Shown piece after piece: positions 7,007 through 14,980 of a DNA stretch of 33,907 bases. The stretch lies in assembly GCA_963977015.1 (NCBI GenBank), contig CAXBMO010000039.1, positions 1-33,907 on the forward strand, given 5' to 3'. A model generated the notes under the pieces. The model had not been told where the DNA came from and made no database searches. It was given only the letters and a program-made list of their open reading frames with translations. The position numbers and the translations under genes are program-made. The DNA is from an uncultured bacterium. GTDB lineage: Bacteria; Verrucomicrobiota; Verrucomicrobiia; Verrucomicrobiales; DEV007. Each line of letters opens with the position of its first letter. Position 1 is the first letter of the stretch.

Positions 7007-9892
7007 ATGAAGCGTTTCCCCACTTCCCTTTTCTTTCTCTACTGGTTCTCGGCCGTGCTTTCCGCGGGCGAAAGCTATCGTATCGAGACGATTTCCTTTC
7101 CTGATGATATGCCGCCCGAGGTCGGCGCGGTCGAATTCGCCAGCGATGGCGAGCTCTATGTTGCCCTGCGCCGTGGTGACATCATGGTGGCGAAACCGAC
7201 GTCTGCCCCTGACGCATTTGAATGGCGGAGGTTTGCCAACGGGTTTCACAACCCCTGCGGAATTCACATCATCAGTCCAGGCCACATCATCATCAGCCAG
7301 ATGGCTGAATTGACGGAGGTGATCGATCAGAACGGGGATGGTATTGCCGACGAATATCGCGCTCTCAGCACCGACTTTGGACTGAGCGGAAATTATCATG
7401 AAACGATGGATATATGTCCCGATGGCAAAGATGGATATTATCTCGCTCCGGGCACGGCTTCCCACAATGGACCGACGTTTCAGACACCGCGCGGTCAATA
7501 TTCCAAAGCCGGACGTCTCGGTCGCAACTATTCGTCGGTCCAATGGCGCGGATGGGTTTTGCACTGGTCTCCGGAAAAAGGAATTACTCCCGTTTCATCC
7601 GGCTACCGGATGCACAACGGGATTGAGCGGGCGCCCGATGGCAGCATCTGGTGTGGAGATAATCAGGGCGACTGGCGTTCGTCGTCACCAGTTTATCACG
7701 TCACGCCGGACTCCTTTTCCGGGCATCCTTCGAGCCTGATTTGGGACCCACGCTTCGCCACCATTCCCAATCCCCTCAACCTCCCACGAGTGTTGTTGGA
7801 CGACCTTTGGAACAAGCCCGCCTTCCGGCTGCCCCGCGATTTCATGAATTCCTGCGCGGAGCCGGTCTTTGATACGACCGAAGGAGCGTTCGGGCCTTTC
7901 ACGTCTCAACTCTTCATCCCCGACCAATCCGGCAACCGCATTGTCCGTTGCATGCCGGAAATGGTCGACGGCGCCCACCAGGGAGCCGCGACGCCCTTTA
8001 TCGATGGCAACGGCCTGGAACGCGGGAACAATCGACTCGCGTTTTCGCCGGACGGCAGCTCGCTTTATGTGGGGCAAACCGGCCGGGGCTGGGGCAAGCT
8101 GAGCGAAGGATTGCAGCGCATTACCTACACCGGTGAACTGCCGACCGACGTCCAGAACTGCACCCTCACCGATACCGGGTTTGAAGTGGCCTTCACCAAA
8201 GACCTCAAAGACCTTCAATTCCTGGAAATCGAGCGCTTCCGCTATCGCTATAGCTATACTTATGGAGGAGATGAAGAAGAGAAGCAGACCCTCACTCCCC
8301 AACGAGCCGAGATCGCCGAAGAAAACCCGAACCGTTTACAGATTGCGCTCAACGCCTCTGATCTCCTTCCGAACTATTGCTATCGCATCATCATCAAATC
8401 CAGAGCCGTCGATGAATCAGCCTACAGCGGCACCCTGGTCTATACGCTGAACCGATTGCGACGCCCGGCTTCTCCCCATCAGGTCACCATCACGCCATCC
8501 GGAGACAGTCGGTTTCGAATCGAGATCGATGATGAACTGTTCACCGAATATCATCTGAAAGGCTTTTCGAATCCGATCCTCTATCCGATTGCCAACGCCT
8601 CCGGTCAGGCGATGACCCGCGACTGGCCCATCCGAACAGACGGACGAAGCGGAGAACAACACGATCATCCGCATCACAAATCGCTCTTTATTGGTCACGA
8701 AAGCGTCAACGAGATCGACTTCTGGCACGAAGGAGCGAACGACGGCAGCATCAAGCATGCGAGGACGATCGAAACGCGAAGTGGCGAGGATCGGGCCCTG
8801 CTTCGCACGTTCAATCTCTGGGAATCGCCCGAAGGGGAGATTGTCTGTTCCGATACCCGGGAACTTCAATTTGGAGTTGCGAACGGAATCCGATATATCG
8901 ACCTGGAATTGAGCCTTCACGCCAGCCACGGCGAAGTCCGGTTTGGCGAGAAAAAGGACGGGCTGATCGGCTTGCGAACCCATCCCGACCTTCGCCTCAA
9001 ACCAGCCCCGGCAAAGGGTGTTGCCGAGGTTTTTGGTCAGGCGCAGAATGCGAAGGGAACCGAGGGCGAAGCGATCTGGGGAGAGAAAGCCAATTGGGTC
9101 CATTACTGGGGGCAGATTGACGGCCGGGATGCCGGAATTGCCATCCTCGCCCATCCGGACAATCCAAGGAGCCCGACCTGGTGGCATGCCCGTGAGTATG
9201 GCTTGGTATCGGCCAACCCCTTTGGACCAACCAAGAACAGTGGCGATGGGGCTCTGACCCTTCAGCCCGGCGAGACGCTGACGCTCCGCTACCGTTTTCT
9301 GTTTCACGATCGTTCCGCCGAGGCCGCCAGCGTTTCTGACCAATATGAACAGTTCGCGAGCGCCCCTCTCTATCCTCGCACGCTGACCGAGCCCATTCCC
9401 CAAAGCACGGAAGATTCCGTCCCCGTGGTCCCGGAGAACGTGATTCCGAGAGGAAGCGTCATCTCCGCCGCGTCACGATCCATCAAGGGAGAAACGGCAG
9501 ACACTCCCAAGGTTGCAACCCATGGATTGCTGGAAGGGAAGCCGGTTTTTCAAGATCGCGAATACGTTTTCACGAAGATTCCGGAACATCTTCGGGGTGG
9601 CGATCATGTCCTGACGTTCAATGACGATAAGAAGACCGGGGCCAATTACGAAGTCACCATTTCTGAACCCGGAATGCTTCTGCTTTTGGTCGATACCCGC
9701 GTTGAAAAGGAGGTTGAGTGGCTGAAATCGGGACTCTCGAAATTGAAGTTCGAGAGAACCGAGGACACGATCCAGACCAACATGGATTTCGTCTACCAGG
9801 TTTATCTCGCGGAAGTGGACCCAGGAACCTACCAACTCGGGTCACAAACCGGAGGCAGTTTCTACTCGATCGCGGCGGTGAACCGGGATTAA
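7007..9892 (+). CDS. Exported beta-propeller (sugar/sorbosone dehydrogenase-like) protein fused to a 'PmoA-family' (PF14100/DUF6807-like) domain and a small C-terminal beta domain
   Basis: 961 aa, signal peptide, 6 bp downstream of the cytochrome gene. Propeller motifs: PPEVGAVEF, DQNGDGIADEY, GNYHE, SGYRMHNG, DNQGDW, GWG. Second domain (~8480-9360): HDHPHHKSLFIGH, WWHAREYGLVSANPFG. Confidence 0.75.
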   Translation: MKRFPTSLFFLYWFSAVLSAGESYRIETISFPDDMPPEVGAVEFASDGELYVALRRGDIMVAKPTSAPDAFEWRRFANGFHNPCGIHIISPGHIIISQMAELTEVIDQNGDGIADEYRALSTDFGLSGNYHETMDICPDGKDGYYLAPGTASHNGPTFQTPRGQYSKAGRLGRNYSSVQWRGWVLHWSPEKGITPVSSGYRMHNGIERAPDGSIWCGDNQGDWRSSSPVYHVTPDSFSGHPSSLIWDPRFATIPNPLNLPRVLLDDLWNKPAFRLPRDFMNSCAEPVFDTTEGAFGPFTSQLFIPDQSGNRIVRCMPEMVDGAHQGAATPFIDGNGLERGNNRLAFSPDGSSLYVGQTGRGWGKLSEGLQRITYTGELPTDVQNCTLTDTGFEVAFTKDLKDLQFLEIERFRYRYSYTYGGDEEEKQTLTPQRAEIAEENPNRLQIALNASDLLPNYCYRIIIKSRAVDESAYSGTLVYTLNRLRRPASPHQVTITPSGDSRFRIEIDDELFTEYHLKGFSNPILYPIANASGQAMTRDWPIRTDGRSGEQHDHPHHKSLFIGHESVNEIDFWHEGANDGSIKHARTIETRSGEDRALLRTFNLWESPEGEIVCSDTRELQFGVANGIRYIDLELSLHASHGEVRFGEKKDGLIGLRTHPDLRLKPAPAKGVAEVFGQAQNAKGTEGEAIWGEKANWVHYWGQIDGRDAGIAILAHPDNPRSPTWWHAREYGLVSANPFGPTKNSGDGALTLQPGETLTLRYRFLFHDRSAEAASVSDQYEQFASAPLYPRTLTEPIPQSTEDSVPVVPENVIPRGSVISAASRSIKGETADTPKVATHGLLEGKPVFQDREYVFTKIPEHLRGGDHVLTFNDDKKTGANYEVTISEPGMLLLLVDTRVEKEVEWLKSGLSKLKFERTEDTIQTNMDFVYQVYLAEVDPGTYQLGSQTGGSFYSIAAVNRD

Positions 9893-10181
9893 CCGCGGGG
9901 CCGCAATCCCTGTGCGTCAGAACCATTGCCCCCCGTGTCGCGGAATTCGAGGGGCAATTGAGCTGCGAAAGCTCCCAGGTTGAATTCAGGACTTTCCCAG
10001 AGCACCCGTTTGGAAAAGGAGTTGAATCCGGCGAGATGTTGTCGTGATCCTTCGAAGCGTGATCTTCTCGCAACTCTCTGTAGATTCAGGCGACACCTTG
10101 AGCTATATTCTCAAATATTACAGGAATTGTCAGGTAATTCCTATTTTTTAGAATTGAGCCATCAGCATCATCCTTCCCCAT

Positions 10182-11114
10182 ATGAAACGCATTCTTGTTA
10201 CCGGCGGTGCCGGATTTCTAGGCAGCCACCTCTGTGACCGGCTCATTGAGCGCGGCGACGACGTCATTTGCCTCGACAACTTTTTCACAGGCCGAAAAGC
10301 AAACATTGCTCATCTCCTTGGTAACCCACATTTTGAATTGATGCGCCACGATGTGACCGACCCGTTCAAGGTCGAAGTGGACCAAATCTACAACCTCGCC
10401 TGTCCCGCCTCTCCTCCGCATTACCAGTACAACCCCATCAAGACGACGAAGACGTCCGTGATGGGGGCGATCAACTGTCTGGGACTCGCAAAGCGCGTCA
10501 AGGCACGGGCGTTTCAGGCGTCCACTTCCGAGGTCTACGGCGATCCGGAGATCCATCCCCAGACCGAGTCCTATCGCGGATCGGTGAATCCCATTGGCAT
10601 TCGCGCCTGCTATGACGAAGGCAAGCGCTGCGCCGAGACCCTGTTTTTCGATTACCACCGGGAGAACGGCGTCGATATTCGCGTCGTCCGAATTTTCAAT
10701 ACCTACGGTCCCCGGATGTTGCCTGACGACGGACGTGTCGTTTCCAACTTTATTGTTCAAGCCCTGCAAGGCCAGGATATCACCATCTACGGAACAGGTC
10801 AGCAGACCCGGTCATTTTGCTTCGTTGACGATTTGATCGAGGGATTCCTCCGCCTGATGGATCAGGAATCCTGCGTGGGCCCCATGAATATTGGAAACCC
10901 ATCCGAATTCTCGATGCTGGAACTGGCTGAGCTTGTCATCAAGACGGTCGGCAGTTCCTCCAAGCTCGTCTTCAAAGATCTTCCCGCGGACGATCCCAAG
11001 CAGCGTTGCCCGGATATCACCCAGGCAAAAGAAGTTCTGGACTGGACTCCGCAGGTTTCCCTCGAAGAAGGTCTCAAGCGGACCATCGAGTACTTCAAAA
11101 CGAAGATCAGCTAA
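10182..11114 (+). CDS. uxs: UDP-glucuronate decarboxylase (UDP-xylose synthase), extended SDR family
   Basis: 310 aa. Motifs [38 protein letters not shown] (YxxxK), [20 protein letters not shown]. Confidence 0.93.
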   Translation: MKRILVTGGAGFLGSHLCDRLIERGDDVICLDNFFTGRKANIAHLLGNPHFELMRHDVTDPFKVEVDQIYNLACPASPPHYQYNPIKTTKTSVMGAINCLGLAKRVKARAFQASTSEVYGDPEIHPQTESYRGSVNPIGIRACYDEGKRCAETLFFDYHRENGVDIRVVRIFNTYGPRMLPDDGRVVSNFIVQALQGQDITIYGTGQQTRSFCFVDDLIEGFLRLMDQESCVGPMNIGNPSEFSMLELAELVIKTVGSSSKLVFKDLPADDPKQRCPDITQAKEVLDWTPQVSLEEGLKRTIEYFKTKIS

Positions 11115-11195
11115 ACTCCCGGCTTCCGCCACGTCCAGCGAACCGGCGCGATCCGCGAGGCACAGTCAGAATCTGACTCCCAGCATTCTTCCTAC

Positions 11196-12344
11196 TCAGG
11201 AAACCAAATGCTTGGGAAAATCCGTCACGCTTTCACAGCCGACCTGCTCCATCACCTGCTGCAACTGTCGTTTCAGCATGGTGATGGTGTGGTTTCCGCC
11301 CCGGCGTCCCAACGCTCCAACTCCATACATGAAGGAGCGGCCCATGAAGGTGAATTTCGCGCCGCTCGCCAACGCGCACGCGATATCGGGCCCGGCGCGC
11401 AAGCCGCTGTCAATCATCATGGTGGTGCGATCGCCGAATTTCTCAGCCAGCGTCGTCATCGGCTTAATCGTTGATTGCCCGGCATCGAGTTGGCGCCCTC
11501 CGTGGTTGGAAACGATGATTCCGTCAACGCCAAGACCGATGGCTTTCTCCGCGTCCTCTTCGTTGACGACGCCTTTGACCACCAGCTTGCCCTTCCAACG
11601 ATCGCGAATCGCGGAGATCTTGTCGGGATTGAGCCGGCCGGAAAACGTCTTGTTCATGAACAAGCCCAGATGCTTCATGCTGAGCCCTTTGGGAATGTAG
11701 GGCTTCATCGTTTTGAACTCCGGAGCGCCGGCGGCCAACTGGCTGAAGGACCAGGTTGGATTCATCATCATTTGAATGACGTTGTTGACCGACATCTGCG
11801 GCGGGATGGACAGGCCGTTCTTGATCTCTTTCGGCCGAAACGCAAAGGTTGGCGTATCTGCCAGGATGACAAGAACCGGCATTCCCGCCGCCGCCGCGCG
11901 ATCGAGCAGTTTGTCGCGCAACTCGTCTTCGGCCGGATGATAGAGTTGAAACCAGGCGTTTCCCTCGGTCAGTTCGGCGACGGTTTCGATACTGGCGGTC
12001 CCCACCGTGCTGAGGATAAACGGAATGTTGTGAGCGTGCGCCGCCTTCGCGAGAATCTCCGTTGCTCCCGGCCACATCAGTCCCTGGAGCCCAATCGGTG
12101 ATATCCCAAAAGGTGCATCGTAGGTTTTCCCAAACAGCTCAGTGCTCAGATTCGACCCCGCGTAATCCCGCAAGTACCACGGTCGAAGTTGAATCTCGCG
12201 AATCTCATCCGTGTTGCGCCGGAGATTGATCTCCGAGTTGCAGCCACCTTCGAGATATTCAAAGGCAAAACGCGGCATCCGCTGCCGCGCCCGCTCTCGT
12301 AGGTGTTCGATGGAAGGGTATTGGGAATGAAAGGAATCGCTCAC
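11196..12344 (-). CDS. FMN-dependent alpha-hydroxy-acid dehydrogenase/oxidase (LldD-like)
   Basis: 382 aa, GTG start. Motifs AFEYLEGG, SPIGLQG, WFQLY, LVVKG, catalytic SNHGGRQLD and DSGLRAGPD. The substrate cannot be determined from the sequence. Confidence 0.92.
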   Translation of the reverse strand: MSDSFHSQYPSIEHLRERARQRMPRFAFEYLEGGCNSEINLRRNTDEIREIQLRPWYLRDYAGSNLSTELFGKTYDAPFGISPIGLQGLMWPGATEILAKAAHAHNIPFILSTVGTASIETVAELTEGNAWFQLYHPAEDELRDKLLDRAAAAGMPVLVILADTPTFAFRPKEIKNGLSIPPQMSVNNVIQMMMNPTWSFSQLAAGAPEFKTMKPYIPKGLSMKHLGLFMNKTFSGRLNPDKISAIRDRWKGKLVVKGVVNEEDAEKAIGLGVDGIIVSNHGGRQLDAGQSTIKPMTTLAEKFGDRTTMMIDSGLRAGPDIACALASGAKFTFMGRSFMYGVGALGRRGGNHTITMLKRQLQQVMEQVGCESVTDFPKHLVS

Positions 12345-12406
12345 GATGAAATGGGATCAATGGGTGATCGGATCGATGGCGTTGCGGCTTCGATTGTCAA
12401 TCAAAG

Positions 12407-13960
12407 CTACGCGGGCATGTTGAAATCAAACACGACAACCCGTTCCAGATTTGGGACGACCACATCTTTCACCGCCTCGTGGATTGGATGGGGAAGGTAT
12501 TCGTCACGCGCCTGGGGACTCGCAAAGGTCATGATGAATCCGTGCGTGTACTCGTCATTCAAGCCTTCGGCGGAATCGTAGGGGCCGTAGTGGAAATCCA
12601 ATAATCCCGGAATCCTCCCGACCATTCCCTCCATCGAGGCAAAACAGGCGGCTATGGTTTCTTCGGTCGTTCCGGCTTTGAATTGAAAACAGCCGTAATG
12701 TTTAACTTGAGGCATGGTCGTTGGTGCAGCGTTGGATGAAGCTTGGTCGAGGTGATTGAGAAGCGCGTGCGCGCACGCGGTCGAGAATTCGGGAGCATTG
12801 ATTTCCGCATCGATCTCGAACAACTCCACGTGGGGCGCGAGATGTTCCTTAATCGCGGTAAACAAGGCCGCGTCAGCTGCGGCATCATGGAATGGTTGTC
12901 CCTCGGCGCTGATGATGCTGATGGCTTTGGTGGGAAGGAGCACGCTGACCGGGCCGGTGTAGGCGTTGACTTTTTCGGCGAGAATTTTTCCGAGTTGGGC
13001 GCATTCCTGCGGAGTGGTCCGCATCAGGGTAACCTGCGGGTTGTGAATGTAAAAATTTCGTCCCTCGTAGTTTGCGGGAACCGTTTCACGTGCTCCGAAA
13101 TTGGCCATATCAAGGCAACCTGGCGTCACGATCGCCGGAATTCCGGCTTTGCCTGCAGCGTCGAGTCGGGTTGGCCCCGCGCTCAACGTTCCTCCGACCA
13201 ACTCATCGGCCCACTCCGTGGTGGTGATGTCGAGCACGCCGGAAATCAGACCATCGTCGATGAGCGTTTCCATCGTTTTGCCGCCGGTGCCGGTGGCGTG
13301 GAAAACCAGGACTTCGTAGCCAGCTTCCTCCATGATTGCGCGCGCTGCGTCGACGCATTCCGTGGTGTTGCCGAACATGCTTGCCTCAATGAGAGGGCGA
13401 TCTTCGCCACTTGGCTCGACCTCTGATTCGACCATCCCGCAAATCGCGCCAACGGCGCGGGTGAAGATGGTTTTCGAGATTCGATTCAGTCCGGCCACGT
13501 CCACAATGCTGGGAATCATCGCGATGTCTTTGGAGCCGACGTAGTGCGCGGTATTTCCACTCGCCAGCGTCGATACCATCACCTTGGGGAATCCAACCGG
13601 AAGGCCGCGCATCGCTCCGGAGCCGAGAGCGGTTCCACCGCCTCCGCCGAGCGAAAGAATCCCGTGGATCTTCCCTTCCGCGGCAAGCCGACCGACCAGC
13701 TTCGGCGCCGCCTCACTCATCGCGGTCACGCATTGTCCCCGGTCCTTTGCCGCCATCAATGTGAACAGATCAATTCCGCCAGCCGAAGCAACGTCGAAGC
13801 GCGTGATGTCCGGTTGCACGGTCGGTTCCGATCCGGTGCCAACATCGATGAGAAGCGGCGTGTGGCCTTTCTGGCGAATCAACTCAGCCACGAAGGCATG
13901 CTCTTCGCCTTTCGAATCGAGCGTGCCGAGTACAGCGATGGTTTTGGGGGCATTCGTCAT
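12407..13960 (-). CDS. Tm-1-like ATP-binding protein (UPF0261) with an in-frame C-terminal Dabb (stress-responsive A/B barrel) domain
   Basis: ATG 13960 is preferred over TTG 14005. UPF0261 motifs: GTLDSKGEE, GGGGGT, KVMVSTLASG, DVAGLN, SMFGNTT, VFHATGTGG, DITTTEWADEL, HNPQVTLMRT. The last ~102 aa (12407-12715) are Dabb-like: VKH..FQFK, IPGL, YTHGFIMTF, RDEYLPHPIH, VVVFDF. Confidence 0.88.
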   Translation of the reverse strand: MTNAPKTIAVLGTLDSKGEEHAFVAELIRQKGHTPLLIDVGTGSEPTVQPDITRFDVASAGGIDLFTLMAAKDRGQCVTAMSEAAPKLVGRLAAEGKIHGILSLGGGGGTALGSGAMRGLPVGFPKVMVSTLASGNTAHYVGSKDIAMIPSIVDVAGLNRISKTIFTRAVGAICGMVESEVEPSGEDRPLIEASMFGNTTECVDAARAIMEEAGYEVLVFHATGTGGKTMETLIDDGLISGVLDITTTEWADELVGGTLSAGPTRLDAAGKAGIPAIVTPGCLDMANFGARETVPANYEGRNFYIHNPQVTLMRTTPQECAQLGKILAEKVNAYTGPVSVLLPTKAISIISAEGQPFHDAAADAALFTAIKEHLAPHVELFEIDAEINAPEFSTACAHALLNHLDQASSNAAPTTMPQVKHYGCFQFKAGTTEETIAACFASMEGMVGRIPGLLDFHYGPYDSAEGLNDEYTHGFIMTFASPQARDEYLPHPIHEAVKDVVVPNLERVVVFDFNMPA

Positions 13961-14039
13961 TGTTTTGGTGTGTAGCGGAAGATGCGAAATCTTCCGGCGA
14001 ATCAATCAACTTTGAGGTCGGAATTTTTTGCAAATTCCG

Positions 14040-14906
14040 CTACTTCCGTTTCAGCGGGATGGATTTGAACTCCTTGGTGAGATTGGTGAGGGAATCTTCC
14101 ACGGCCATTCGCTCCAAGCTCGACGCGCCGACAAACCCGACCGCGTCGGTCCGTTCATTGATGAAGGCGGCGTCCAAAGGCGTCGCAATTGGCCCGCCGT
14201 GGGAGAGGTAGATCACGTCATCACGCACGGTTTTCCCGGCGTCGATGATTGCTTGAGTTGCCGTTGCCGCCCCCTCCAACGACATCGCGGCGTTCGTCAC
14301 TCCAATCGAACCACCCACGGTGCAGCCAACATGCGCGATGATGACATCCGCACCGGCTTCCGCCATGTCTTTCGCCTCCTGTGGCGACGCGACGTAGACG
14401 ATCGAAAACAGGTCCATCTTCCGAGCCAGCGCCACGGTCTCGACCTCCTTGTGCGTTCCCATGCCGGTTTCCTCGAGCTGCTTTCGGAAGTCGCCATCGA
14501 TGATGCTGTGGGTCGGGAAATTGTTCATCCCGGAAAAGCCCATCGCCTTCACCTGTTGCAGCCAATGCCACATGCGGCGGCGCGGGTCGGTGCAATGGAC
14601 GCCGCAGATCACCGGGATCTCTTCCACGACCGGCAACACCTCGAATTCGCCGATCTCCATCGCGACGGCGTTGGCATCACCATACCCCATCATTCCCGCG
14701 ATCGAGCCGTGCCCCATCATCCGGTAGCGGCCCGAGTTGTAGATGATGATCAGGTCTGCGCCGCCTTTCTCGATGAATTTGGCGCTAATCCCGGTTCCGG
14801 CCCCAGCCGCGATGATTGCTTCGCCCTTGTCGAGCGTGTCGCGCAATCGCTCGATGACTTCGGTTCGTGTGTAGGGGTTTCCGATTCCCGTCCATGGATT
14901 TGGCAT
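14040..14906 (-). CDS. TIM-barrel protein, PEP-hydrolase / TIM-barrel signal transduction family (PF09370-like)
   Basis: 288 aa. Motifs AGAGTGISAKF, GGADLIIIYNSGRYRM, GDAN, NFPT, HGGPI, GFVGASSLER. It lies next to the UPF0261 gene, its usual partner. Confidence 0.9.
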   Translation of the reverse strand: MPNPWTGIGNPYTRTEVIERLRDTLDKGEAIIAAGAGTGISAKFIEKGGADLIIIYNSGRYRMMGHGSIAGMMGYGDANAVAMEIGEFEVLPVVEEIPVICGVHCTDPRRRMWHWLQQVKAMGFSGMNNFPTHSIIDGDFRKQLEETGMGTHKEVETVALARKMDLFSIVYVASPQEAKDMAEAGADVIIAHVGCTVGGSIGVTNAAMSLEGAATATQAIIDAGKTVRDDVIYLSHGGPIATPLDAAFINERTDAVGFVGASSLERMAVEDSLTNLTKEFKSIPLKRK

Positions 14907-14980
14907 AACGAAGTGATGCTAGAGGGGATCCTCAAGCCACGCCATAGCCAAAATCCACATCCGAATTCGGTTCGACTCCC

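Noticed and set aside
8470-9360. Particulate methane monooxygenase, from the 'PmoA family' name
   Set aside because: The domain is soluble with no TM helices and there is no pmoB/pmoC; the family name does not indicate methanotrophy.
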